Source: Spirochaetia bacterium
GTDB taxonomy: Bacteria > Spirochaetota > Spirochaetia > DSM-2461
Length of the DNA: 64,000 nt
Direction: 5' to 3'
Assembly: GCA_963668315.1 (NCBI GenBank)
Contig: OY764216.1
Span: forward strand, 4,512,001-4,576,000
Shown: piece by piece, positions 28,378 to 37,831 of the stretch
How the letters are laid out: the number at the start of each line of letters is the position of its first letter
Numbering within the stretch: position 1 is the first letter of the stretch
Notes under the pieces: generated by a model
Databases searched by the model: none
Told to the model about the DNA's origin: nothing
Seen by the model: the letters and a program-made list of their open reading frames with translations, nothing else
Program-made: the position numbers and the translations under genes

Positions 28378-30342
28378 CTATGGACCTAACAATAAAGCAG
28401 GCATAGAACTCCATCCCTGCAACATTCCTCCGTGAGGATATGCGGGGGAATAATATTCCACAGGAGTAAGCCAACCCTGTTCCATGCTGTATTCCCACCA
28501 TTTTCTAGCGACATACATCCAGTCCTTATCTCCTTCCCGCTTTAGGATTTCTGCATAAACTCCATCCCAATAAGGCCAATCACCACCATTATGATAATGA
28601 TAATCCTGAGCTGATTTATCAAAGAGATCCTTTCCAAATTTATAAAAAGGATAGGCGCACAGTATACCCCAATCGCCATATTTCTGTTCTTTATTATTTC
28701 TCGTCTGCAGCAACTTAGCCGCAGCTTCAAGAAATCTTTTAGTTCTCTCAGGTGTAGTCAGATTATATCTGAGTACAACAAGAGAATCGGCAGATAAATT
28801 ATCTTCTTGTGAACCGGGACGTTTATAGTTAACAAAATAACCTTTCTCATCATCCCATAATTCTCGATTTAAAGCATTTTTAGCTTTTTCTGCCAGCTGC
28901 CCATAATTTATACTACCAAGATTACCAAGATGAGAACTAATCCGGTCCATAGCATAAAGCGATGCAGAATAGAGCGCCTGATCATAGGTGACCCATACAT
29001 TTCTTTTTACATTATCAGCCCAGTCATTAGCTCTATAAGGTTTTTCTATTAATCCATCTCCATCCCTATCCAATGAAACCATAAAGGCCGAAGTTAGGCG
29101 AAGCAACTCTCTAATCTCATAGTTACGACTTTTATCTTCCCATAAGGTTATCTTCTCATCCAGAACAGACCAATCTTCTGTGGCATTCAGATAATCGGTA
29201 ACAAGAAGAATGAAAAAGGAGGGCGAATCGTGATGATCAGGAAGCCAATCGAGAGACGTTATAGCTGGATTTTCCTGAAGAATATGGGGAGAAAAAACAC
29301 CACTAGGACAAGAACCATCAGGATGAATTCCCCTGGCAAGGGAAAGAAGATGACTGCGGATAATCTCAGGAGAAGATTTTAACAAGATCTGAGCCGTCCA
29401 GTAACCATCCCGAAAATACAGACGAGGGGGGTAAGCATAATCAGTACCTGCTAATAACCCAGAAAATTTATCAGGAAACTCTTTATACATAGCAACGGAG
29501 ACATTAAGACCGGAGCAATAGAGAGTACGGAGAAAATCATCATCTGTAGGTCCCGAATAATTATGGTTAAGCCACTTTGAATAGCTTTGTACTTCTTCAT
29601 ATGCTTTATCGGTATTCTCAAGACTTTGCAGTAAATCACTTTCTTCACCGGCACATACAGCCCAGGTAAATTTTTGCATTCCCTTCACGGGAACTTTGAA
29701 ATTGTAATGAAGTGAACCTCTGTTATTTTTCTTCTCAGTACGATCGACCTTTTCTCTTGAGCCCCAAAGGAATTTCTTATCCCCACATGTCTCAAGATAA
29801 TTACCGTTGAGTATTCTAATCTTTGTGGCAGAATGAGGTATTATTCTTTTTGACCCCTTCTTCGCCCACCAGGACATTGCGATTTTAAAGCGGGATAGAA
29901 CACGTCCCAATCGGTCATGGAATATTTCTTCTGCCGTTCTTTGGGATGGAATAACATCTAAGCAAATCTTAATATCTGCTTCTTCCCCCGTATTATTTTT
30001 TACGTGGATATCCTGATAAAAAGCATCTGAAAAATCAGAAAGGTAGGAAGTGAGGACAATTTCAATCTCCTTCGTATTCGAATACCCTGTAAGTTGCCAA
30101 AAACGTCCTATGGCTTTTGCTAGAGAAAAATTGACAGCCTCCCCGTTAATAAGAATCTGCAAAGAACTTTCTCCAGCGTCATAACCATCAGTCAAAAAGA
30201 AGCGCCCCAATCTTCCATTTCCATATACTGTGCAAAAAGTATGTTTATTTCCCATATCATATCTTGTATTCTCATTGGGGTTGATGATTTCAAGAAAACC
30301 GTCTTTTCCTGACTGAACTTTTAAAGTAGATTTATCAGACAT
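28378..30342 (-). CDS. (alpha/alpha)6 glycoside hydrolase, amylo-alpha-1,6-glucosidase-like
   Basis: YFRDGYW, DRDGDGL, DWADN, YHNGGDWPYW, LQGWS motifs; in sugar ABC operon. Confidence 0.7.
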   Translation of the reverse strand: MSDKSTLKVQSGKDGFLEIINPNENTRYDMGNKHTFCTVYGNGRLGRFFLTDGYDAGESSLQILINGEAVNFSLAKAIGRFWQLTGYSNTKEIEIVLTSYLSDFSDAFYQDIHVKNNTGEEADIKICLDVIPSQRTAEEIFHDRLGRVLSRFKIAMSWWAKKGSKRIIPHSATKIRILNGNYLETCGDKKFLWGSREKVDRTEKKNNRGSLHYNFKVPVKGMQKFTWAVCAGEESDLLQSLENTDKAYEEVQSYSKWLNHNYSGPTDDDFLRTLYCSGLNVSVAMYKEFPDKFSGLLAGTDYAYPPRLYFRDGYWTAQILLKSSPEIIRSHLLSLARGIHPDGSCPSGVFSPHILQENPAITSLDWLPDHHDSPSFFILLVTDYLNATEDWSVLDEKITLWEDKSRNYEIRELLRLTSAFMVSLDRDGDGLIEKPYRANDWADNVKRNVWVTYDQALYSASLYAMDRISSHLGNLGSINYGQLAEKAKNALNRELWDDEKGYFVNYKRPGSQEDNLSADSLVVLRYNLTTPERTKRFLEAAAKLLQTRNNKEQKYGDWGILCAYPFYKFGKDLFDKSAQDYHYHNGGDWPYWDGVYAEILKREGDKDWMYVARKWWEYSMEQGWLTPVEYYSPAYPHGGMLQGWSSMPALLLGP

Positions 30343-30353
30343 ATTTTTTACAA

Positions 30354-31253
30354 TTAACCCTTTACTGCACCTGCAGTTAAACCATTCATTAAATTCTTTT
30401 GAAAAATCAGAGCGATTATCAGTGGTGGCAAAGTTGCCAGAACCCCTGCAGCACTCATCAAGCCATAATCAGTATAATGCCTTCCTACGAACATCGCGAT
30501 TGAAACAGTAACAGTTCTTGTTGTATCGCTGGAAGTAAAAATCAATGGTATCAAAAAAGCGTTCCAGCTTTGCATAAACGTATATGCCCCAGCCGCAAAT
30601 AGACCTGGGAGGGATAAAGGTAGAATTATCCTGAACAAAACATAACTTCGGGAAGCTCCATCAACAAATGCAGCTTCCTCAATTTCCTGCGGTAATCCCA
30701 AAAAGAATCCTCTTAGCATCCATATAGCGAATGGTAAATGGATCGAGGTCAATAGTATAACAATCGTTATCAACCTATCATTAAGCCCCAACCTTGAAAG
30801 GAGAATATAAAGAGGAATTATAAGTACAATGACAGGAAGCATCTGTACGATCAGGAAGATATATACAAGATTCTTCCCAAAACCGGAATTTATCCTCGCA
30901 GCGGCATAACCGGAAAGAGAGCCTAACAACAAACATAAAAATGTAACTCCAACTGAGACAATCAAGCTGTTTAACAAGGAATACCTGAAAGCTTTGAGGG
31001 TATAATCAGTTAGACTTGATGCTTGCTGCCCACTTCCAAACAGTAAATTTTTATAATGGGACAAGTCTATCATCCTAGGGATAAAATGAGGAGGTCTGAG
31101 GAGTAATTCCTTTGGTGCCGAAATACTGCTTATTACAAGCCATAACACAGGACCTAAAACAAATATTAATACAATCATGACTGAAAGAAACTGAAGTATT
31201 CCTTTACTGACCGTTTTAATACTTAAGTCTTTTAAATTAAAATCTTTCATCAA
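30354..31253 (-). CDS. Carbohydrate ABC transporter permease
   Basis: IEEAAFVDGA EAA loop; ...TAGAVKG C-terminus. Confidence 0.92.
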   Translation of the reverse strand: MMKDFNLKDLSIKTVSKGILQFLSVMIVLIFVLGPVLWLVISSISAPKELLLRPPHFIPRMIDLSHYKNLLFGSGQQASSLTDYTLKAFRYSLLNSLIVSVGVTFLCLLLGSLSGYAAARINSGFGKNLVYIFLIVQMLPVIVLIIPLYILLSRLGLNDRLITIVILLTSIHLPFAIWMLRGFFLGLPQEIEEAAFVDGASRSYVLFRIILPLSLPGLFAAGAYTFMQSWNAFLIPLIFTSSDTTRTVTVSIAMFVGRHYTDYGLMSAAGVLATLPPLIIALIFQKNLMNGLTAGAVKG

Positions 31254-32149
31254 TTATTCTCACTGTTTTTTGTTAAGCGGACATAGAACAAGGCTAGAAC
31301 ACCCGTAGCAATAGCAATTAGCCATCCAATTGCCGATGCAAAACCATAGTTAAGGGAAGTGAATGCCGATTCGAATAGATAGTATCCCGTTACCTGAGTA
31401 GAATTGGCCGGTCCCCCACCCGTTAGAATATAAACAAGATCAAACAAGGCAAAAGCATCAATTGTTTTTAATATGAGACTAATAAGAGTAATCGGCATTA
31501 GAAGAGGAAATGTAATTTTCCTGAAAACGGCAAATCGATTAGCACCATCAACTTGAGCAGATTCGTATAACTCCTTTGGAATTCCCTGCAATCCAGCAAG
31601 ATATAAAAGAGTCAGCATAGGTACAGTAGCCCATAAATTAGCCAGAGCAACAAGGAATAATGCCCTCCCCGGTTCGAGAAGCCATGGGACATATTCCTTT
31701 ATGATCCCTAATTTGAATAACAATCCATTTAAAGCACCATAATGTGGATCGTATATACGAGACCAAAGAAGTCCTTGTACTGAGCCAGGAATAACCCATG
31801 GTAGGATTAGTATTCCCCGAATAAAGCCCCTGCAAGGAAATTCCTTATTCAGAACTAATGCAAACATAATAGAAATAGGAATTCCCAAACCTATTCCGAC
31901 AAAAGCCAGATACAAAGTTCGCCCAGTCGCTGCGAGAAATTCTCGGTTTGTCACAGCATCAAAGTAATTTCCTAAACCGACAAACTCTTTCCCAAGCCAA
32001 GGAGCAGTTGCATGTAAATTAAAGAAACTAATTATGATTGAATATGTAAGAGGAAAAAGAAGCAATCCCATCATGATTACTAAACTCGGCATAAGAAAAA
32101 TCAGCATCTGAGAATTAAACTGTGCAGCGAATGAACGATCTTTTTTCAT
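31250..32149 (-). CDS. Carbohydrate ABC transporter permease
   Basis: LYESAQVDGA; LTGGGPANST. Confidence 0.92.
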   Translation of the reverse strand: MKKDRSFAAQFNSQMLIFLMPSLVIMMGLLLFPLTYSIIISFFNLHATAPWLGKEFVGLGNYFDAVTNREFLAATGRTLYLAFVGIGLGIPISIMFALVLNKEFPCRGFIRGILILPWVIPGSVQGLLWSRIYDPHYGALNGLLFKLGIIKEYVPWLLEPGRALFLVALANLWATVPMLTLLYLAGLQGIPKELYESAQVDGANRFAVFRKITFPLLMPITLISLILKTIDAFALFDLVYILTGGGPANSTQVTGYYLFESAFTSLNYGFASAIGWLIAIATGVLALFYVRLTKNSENN

Positions 32150-32157
32150 AGTTTCCT

Positions 32158-32979
32158 CTATTTCTCGAACTGAGACTTTAACTCGAGAGTATAATCAGTC
32201 AGTTCGTCTAGGGCTTCTTTCACAGTCTGTTTATCAAAAAGGACTCTGTGGAATGCCTGCTGAAAGGCAGAAGACCATTCACTGTAATAAGGAAGAGCAG
32301 GTCTGATTGCAAGATATTCCGACTGCTGCGCCATAATATCACCACCTGCATCAGCAAGTTTTGCCATTACGTCCTCATCCTGGAGGACACTCTTCCAACC
32401 AGCAGGAGCTCCTTCTTGAAGAAACATATATTTCTCACCTTCAGGACCCGCAATACTTGAAACAAATTCCCAGGCTGCCTCTTTGTTTTTTGTCGTTGAA
32501 GTTATAGCAAGTCCCATGGGACCAGCCATAGAAAAGGGACCACCTTTGCCTGCAGGAGCCAGAGAAATGGCGAATTGACCAGCTAGGTCACTCTGATTCT
32601 GATCATTAAGCGAAAGAAGAGGAGTTCCCCACAAGAAAGCAAAAGCGCCTTGACCACCAGCTAACATATTTAATCTGGTTCCGCCCCCTTTGATTGTCAA
32701 AGCTGACGGATCTACAATTTTATATTTATTAACCATGTCATACATAAGTTGAAGAGCTTCTACCCCGGCTCCTTTATTAAAGACAGGTTCACCTTCTGAA
32801 TTAAATATTTCTCCTCCCAGACTGGCAACAATCATGGCATAGTCGGATGTTATCTGCTCATAATTTGCACCCCATGTAAACACAAGAGGATATTCAACAA
32901 TCCCTTTCTCTTTCAATGCAAGGGAAACATTAATCATATCATCCCATGTTTCAGGAGCCTGGCTATATCCGGCTTTATT
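32158..32979 (-). pseudogene. Sugar ABC solute-binding protein, 5'-truncated by IS3
   Basis: Frame extends upstream of 32937 as NKAGYSQAPETWDD up to the IS end; no signal peptide or N-terminal lobe. Confidence 0.8.
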
Positions 32980-33023
32980 AGAAATGTCAACATCGGTACA
33001 GTCCCTAAATCCCCCAATTTTAT

Positions 33024-33926
33024 TTAAGCAGCCACTGCTCTTGCCGTAGCCTTTTCCCTATAGATTACTGGAGGCCAACCTCCCATATTTACCGTACTAA
33101 TGCGCTTCCGATTATAGTAAACCATGACATATCGCCAGATTACGGTTTTTACTTTTTCCCTGGTCATTTTCCTTGTATTCATTTTATACAGCTTTTCTTT
33201 CTTCAATGTTGCGAAAAAACTTTCCATCCGAGCATTATCGTAGCATTTCCCGACATCACTCATGCTCTGTATGGCCCGATAGTCTCCGAGCAATTTCTTA
33301 AACCGGTCACTCGTATACTGGCTGCCAGCATCACTATGAATGAGAACACCACTCCCAGGAATTCTACTTTTATATGCGTCATCAATGGCCTGAATACACA
33401 ATTCCTTTTTCATATGGTTTTCCATTGCGATGCTGACGATTTCTCCTCCAAAACAATCCAAGACTGGTGCAACATATAACTTTCCATCAGAGCACGGCAC
33501 TTCGGTAATATCAGTCAGCCATTTCTCATTTGGCCTTGTTGCAGTGAAGTTCCTCTTCAGCACATTGTCAGGCCTCTGAGCCTTTTTATCCGCTTTGGTG
33601 AGGCCGTTCGGGTTTCTACGGCTCTTATGAAGCAGATTCCCTTTCCGCATAGCTCTGATTACTGTAGATCTGGAAACGGTCTCTCCCTTTTGCTGTAATG
33701 CGATGAGAACCCTTTCTATTCCGTAGTTCTTATTATCCGGGTGCTCATCCAGAATCCCATGTATTTTGACCAGAAGAAGTTGCCAGGCTCTCGGCTTATT
33801 TCGGGTGCGTTTCCACTTGTAATAGCCTGTTTCACTCACATTCAATACTTTGCACATCTTTACGACTGGAAGGTCGATTTCTTCCTTCTTATTCAAGATA
33901 TAAGCAAAGATTGTCCGTATACTCAC
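33024..33926 (-). CDS. IS3 transposase OrfB (DDE/rve)
   Basis: WLTDITE, HSDAGSQY, CYDNARMESFFATLKKE. Confidence 0.95.
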   Translation of the reverse strand: MSIRTIFAYILNKKEEIDLPVVKMCKVLNVSETGYYKWKRTRNKPRAWQLLLVKIHGILDEHPDNKNYGIERVLIALQQKGETVSRSTVIRAMRKGNLLHKSRRNPNGLTKADKKAQRPDNVLKRNFTATRPNEKWLTDITEVPCSDGKLYVAPVLDCFGGEIVSIAMENHMKKELCIQAIDDAYKSRIPGSGVLIHSDAGSQYTSDRFKKLLGDYRAIQSMSDVGKCYDNARMESFFATLKKEKLYKMNTRKMTREKVKTVIWRYVMVYYNRKRISTVNMGGWPPVIYREKATARAVAA

Positions 33927-34198
33927 TTTTTCCGGTCCTTCGCGAAAAAACCGAGTGCATCCTTCAGAATATCATTAGCTTCTTTCAGTTCCTGATTTTC
34001 TTTCATCAATTGTTTTTCCCGTTCTGTCAGAGGAGAAGTATCAGGATCTGGTGACAGACTCTTATTTCTCTTCCGAGCCTTTCTCCAGCCGGACAAAGTT
34101 CCGTAATTTACACCCAGCTGTTCCGATGCTTTCTTTAATCCGATTTCATCGGATAGCTTTAATGCTTGTTTCTTAAACTCTTTACTGTACTGTCTCAT
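33923..34198 (-). CDS. IS3 transposase OrfA (HTH)
   Basis: YSKEFKKQA HTH, leucine-zipper, ILKDALGFFAK; T-TTT-TTC slippery heptamer near 3' end. Confidence 0.92.
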   Translation of the reverse strand: MRQYSKEFKKQALKLSDEIGLKKASEQLGVNYGTLSGWRKARKRNKSLSPDPDTSPLTEREKQLMKENQELKEANDILKDALGFFAKDRKK

Positions 34199-34388
34199 TT
34201 TTATACCCCTTTTATTTTCGGGTATTTTTAGACTGCACTTTTATGATAATCCTTCACACCTATACATATGATAAGTCAACAACTTAATTTTCTTTTGTGT
34301 GTTTCGTGTGTACAATGTCAAGACTTCGTGTTTATAAATAAACTAATGGTATAATACTAAAATATTATTTAAAAATAGAGGTACTTCC

Positions 34389-34622
34389 ATGAAAGATAAA
34401 TTCAAGGAGTGCGACGACGATTGTGTACTTGATCTTAAAATGAGATCATCAGATGAAAATACAAGACTCTGGAAAGATGAGCTTGACAAATTCAAAAACC
34501 TTATAAAGTTTTCCGATCCAGAGAAAGAGAAATGCTTCAAATGTAAGGAATCAATTGTAAGTTGGAATGGGGAATACCTATTCTGTGCGAAGAAAGGTAT
34601 AATTCTAAAATATCTGAAATAG
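34389..34622 (+). CDS. Small Cys-containing hypothetical protein
   Basis: 77 aa, GAGG RBS, CxxxC/CxxC/C pattern. Confidence 0.45.
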   Translation: MKDKFKECDDDCVLDLKMRSSDENTRLWKDELDKFKNLIKFSDPEKEKCFKCKESIVSWNGEYLFCAKKGIILKYLK

Positions 34623-34899
34623 TCCACCATCAAAATAGCAGCTTTGGAATGGTCCCTCTCATCTAAATAGGATGCTTTCACCCAAGCAGAAAGAAGTTAT
34701 GCTATCGCTACACAACTGATTATCAAATCCTTTGTTTATCATTTACGAATATTCAATAGGAGTTTATGATAGTTAATGTGAATTCGCTTTTTCAAAATTA
34801 AATCGAATTTCATATATTATGAGTTAGAAGAAATAAGTGCTTATGTATTTATTATAATTTAAGATTCCGCCGTCCTTGGCGGAAATATAGGAATGATAG

Positions 34900-35310
34900 A
34901 TGATAACAAGTACGGGGGCGGCAATCTTTTTATCCAACCCTTCCAATCATGAACAAATTCTTATTGCTAAGCGTAGTGATATGAAAAAGAAATATCCTAA
35001 TTATTGGGAATTACCTGGAGGGGCGATAGAAGATTATGAAACTCCTAACGAGTGTATTATCCGGGAAATACAAGAAGAGTTAGGGGCAGAAATTCAAGAT
35101 TTAAAACTCGAATTTACAGATTTAAGTTACCATAGTGGCAAACGCTACATTGTTTTCCTATTTTCTGGTCAAATTACAGCGGATTCAATTCATACAAATA
35201 TCGAAATTTCGGAATGGAAATATGAGAATATTGATAACGTGAGCGAATATAAAATGTATCCCCGTGTTGAAGAGCAGTTACGAATATTTCACTCAAAACT
35301 TTCAGTGTGA
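34900..35310 (+). CDS. NUDIX hydrolase (cassette gene)
   Basis: Nudix box GGAIEDYETPNECIIREIQEELG. Confidence 0.9.
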   Translation: MITSTGAAIFLSNPSNHEQILIAKRSDMKKKYPNYWELPGGAIEDYETPNECIIREIQEELGAEIQDLKLEFTDLSYHSGKRYIVFLFSGQITADSIHTNIEISEWKYENIDNVSEYKMYPRVEEQLRIFHSKLSV

Positions 35311-35360
35311 CCGTTCACCATCCATGGCTCACTACTTGTTTTCTTTCCCGCACTAACTTC

Positions 35361-35630
35361 TTCTAACAGCGTCTATATGCTCCGCTTTCGCTACGGGCTT
35401 CGCCAAATTTAAATCAAAAAGAATAATCCGTGAATGTTCAATAAACTGGGTATATAATGATTCTATACAACAAGGATTTGAACATTGACATCCCTACTGT
35501 CATGCTTTTTGCTTTCGCAAAAAACACGCCAGCTGACGGGCTGCAAGTTAAATCGGCGTTGTATAGAAATCAGCATTGGCATACAGCCGTTTTTGATTTA
35601 AACTTCAATATAAACGCGAAACGTTATTGG
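35361..35630 (+). repeat. Long outer attC-like site
   Basis: TTCTAAC...GTTATTGG ends; GCGTCTATAT/ATATAAACGC and TTTAAATCAAAAA/TTTTTGATTTAAA arms. Confidence 0.7.
35461..35568 (+). repeat. Inner attC site (108 bp)
   Basis: TTCTATACAAC...GTTGTATAGAA; GATTT-G-AAC / GTT-AAATC box with extrahelical base; TTTTTGC-TTTC-GCAAAAA apex. Confidence 0.85.
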
Positions 35631-35700
35631 TAATAAGCGCCAATGCATTTATTATTCAAAGAAGAACCCGGCGTCCTGCCGGATAAAATGGAGGAAATAA

Positions 35701-36120
35701 GTGGATTTACCAATATTGAAAGATAAAGATCTTTTTCCTGATAATGATGTATTAAGAAATGCTCTTAAAGATGATTTTGATATATTTCAAGAATTTGAAA
35801 ATACAATCACAAATGATACACACAAGTTAGTTGGCGAATGGAGATATTATAACGATGGCAAGGCTTGGATTTACAAAGCCCAATACAAGAAAAAAACAGT
35901 ATTTTGGTTATCAGTAATATCAACCGGATTTAATGTAACATTCTATTTCAATGAAAAGAATTATGAGGGTATTTTTGACTTACCAATTGAAGAATTAATA
36001 AAAGATAATTTCAAGAGTATGGAATTAGTTGGTAAATTACGTCCTCTACAAATCAGTATAAAGAATAAGAACCAAATTACAGATATACAAGAAATAATTG
36101 AATATAAAAAGAAGTCATAA
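35701..36120 (+). CDS. DUF3788-like protein (cassette gene)
   Basis: EWRYYNDGKAW.YK...KKKTVFWLS motif; GGAGG RBS, GTG start. Confidence 0.75.
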   Translation: MDLPILKDKDLFPDNDVLRNALKDDFDIFQEFENTITNDTHKLVGEWRYYNDGKAWIYKAQYKKKTVFWLSVISTGFNVTFYFNEKNYEGIFDLPIEELIKDNFKSMELVGKLRPLQISIKNKNQITDIQEIIEYKKKS

Positions 36121-36130
36121 TGTAAGACGC

Positions 36131-36230
36131 AAGATAACAAAGTTTTGGAACTGTCATGGCTATTTGTAATAAAATCCGCTTTCGCAGATTTTCCGCTAAT
36201 TATCCATGCAGCTTAAAACGACGGTATCTT
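36131..36230 (+). repeat. Degenerate attC (R' GTT mutated to GGT)
   Basis: AAGATAAC...GGTATCTT, GTTTT/AAAAC box, AAAATCCGC-TTTC-GCAGATTTT apex. Confidence 0.7.
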
Positions 36231-36253
36231 AGCAAAAGGATTTTGGAGGAAAA

Positions 36254-36736
36254 ATGATAAAAGACAAAAAGAAAATGGTATATTTTTCAGGACCTCCTTG
36301 TTCTGGTAAATCAACGATCTGTAAAGAATTGACTAAGAAAATAAGAAATGTTAAATATGTTCTTGGTGATAAATATTGGATAAAGAATGATGATTATGAT
36401 TTTAATAGACGAATAGTGAAAACTAATGAAGATATTATAAAATCTCTCTGGAATAAAACATCAAAATCATTACTTTTAGAATGGGTTCCATATAGTGGAT
36501 CTTTCGTATCAGAACTAAAAAAGATTTGTGAAGAACAAAAATTGGAATTCAATCATGTCGTCATTTATGCTCCAAAGGATATACTTGAACAAAGAAAATT
36601 AATTCGAGATAAAAATAAAGAATTGGGTCCAATTAATTTCGAGGAAATTAAAAATCTGGAAAATGTTTTACTTTTTGATTCTAGTATTGAGCCGTTAGAA
36701 TCAATTGTTTTAGAATGTAAAAAGTTATTTGATTGA
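36254..36736 (+). CDS. P-loop nucleotide-kinase-like AAA protein (cassette gene)
   Basis: Walker A GPPCSGKST; R...R lid. Confidence 0.8.
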   Translation: MIKDKKKMVYFSGPPCSGKSTICKELTKKIRNVKYVLGDKYWIKNDDYDFNRRIVKTNEDIIKSLWNKTSKSLLLEWVPYSGSFVSELKKICEEQKLEFNHVVIYAPKDILEQRKLIRDKNKELGPINFEEIKNLENVLLFDSSIEPLESIVLECKKLFD

Positions 36737-36836
36737 GTTCTATTTGGTCGAAAAATGGAATCCGGAATATTAACCTATAAACTGTGGCCGTCCGGCATCC
36801 GTGCCTCACTACTTGGTTGCACACCGACGCTAACTG

Positions 36837-36982
36837 CCAATAACAGTTCATAACTGATTTCGCTTCGCTCCATCCAAATTGATATTTTGACAAACCCCGA
36901 AAAAAGTATGGTATACTTTTCCCGATGTTTATCAAGCCCACAAGGGGCCGGATCAACTTCAATTATGAACGGATCGTTAAGG
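36837..36982 (+). repeat. Long attC site
   Basis: CCAATAAC-AGTTCATAACTGA ... TCAATTATGAAC-GGATC-GTTAAGG; R'' CCAATAAC is complementary to GTTATTGG at 35623. Confidence 0.8.
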
Positions 36983-37049
36983 GCGATTAGCACTTTAAAT
37001 CATGATAAAAAGCAAAACGGCCAGCCAAGCGGTATGGATTGGAGGAAAA

Positions 37050-37463
37050 ATGAAACATCTAGGTTCGTGTCTTTGTGGAAATATTAAATATGAAATACGA
37101 GGAGAGTTTGAAAACTTCTTTTTCTGTCACTGTAAATCTTGTCGTAAAGATACTGGTTCTGTTCATGCTTCAAATCTTTTTTCAACGACTGCAACATTGA
37201 GATGGTTGAAAGGAGAGGAAAAAGTAAAAACGTATAACCACAATAATTCAGGACATATAAAGAGCTTTTGTCCTAACTGTAGTTCTGCACTACCCAATAT
37301 TCAAATGGATGGTAAACTGCTTGTAGTTCCTGCAGGAAGTCTGGATACAGATATAGAGATCGTTCCTACCGGCCACATCTATTTGAATGAAAAAGCTAAT
37401 TGGGATCACCATCTCGAGAATTTTCCCCATTATGAGGATTTTCCTAAAGAGTTAAATGAGTAG
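37050..37463 (+). CDS. GFA family protein (glutathione-dependent formaldehyde-activating/CENP-V-like)
   Basis: GSCLCG, CHCKSCRK, FCPNCSS; ATG 37050 with GGAGG RBS. Confidence 0.9.
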   Translation: MKHLGSCLCGNIKYEIRGEFENFFFCHCKSCRKDTGSVHASNLFSTTATLRWLKGEEKVKTYNHNNSGHIKSFCPNCSSALPNIQMDGKLLVVPAGSLDTDIEIVPTGHIYLNEKANWDHHLENFPHYEDFPKELNE

Positions 37464-37831
37464 AAAATCGGATTTTATCAAAAGTCGAGCATAATTCACC
37501 CCCATAGCTCATTACATTACAACATACCGGCGCTTACTTCCTGCAACAGGTTTATATGAGGACCCGAACTTTATAGTGCCCCATGCTTAATTCTTTAGAA
37601 AAGTATGATAAACTGTAGGTTTTTAGTAATCTCCTTTTTCAATCCCAACTTCCCCCACAAGTAACTTATTTCATCATATGTAAATATATTAATATTATAA
37701 TATACGTACACACATATCTTTATAGATATATTATAATATATCTATATTTATCTTCTTATAATGTATGCATTTATTTTCTTCTTCTATCGAAAAAAGAATT
37801 GACATTCTTACATCCTGATTTATCATAAGCT

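Larger units (their letters stand above)
32978..34256 (-). mobile_element. IS3-family insertion sequence (~1.28 kb)
   Basis: orfA/orfB pair, weak terminal IRs sharing GT(A/G)CAGTC core, TG terminus at 34256 on - strand; no target duplication seen; left end approximate. Confidence 0.85.
34860..37470 (+). mobile_element. Cluster of attC sites lacking an integron integrase (CALIN), four cassette genes
   Basis: Short co-oriented unrelated ORFs separated by xxxYAAC...GTTxxxx imperfect palindromes; no intI in window. Confidence 0.8.

Noticed and set aside
34640..34790. Additional attC upstream of the NUDIX cassette
   Set aside because: Only a GCTATCGC apex-like word and a GTTAATG are visible; no convincing paired R/L boxes
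36681..37087. ORFs 36681-36962, 36775-36993 and 36887-37087
   Set aside because: They run across an attC site and have no recognisable product; likely spurious
37499..37511. CCCCCATAGCTCA resembling a tRNA 5' end
   Set aside because: Short match only; no cloverleaf follows and orientation does not pair with the fragment at 12002
37721..37746. Borrelia-type telomere resolution site
   Set aside because: No ResT/TelN gene and palindrome too short and low-complexity to support this
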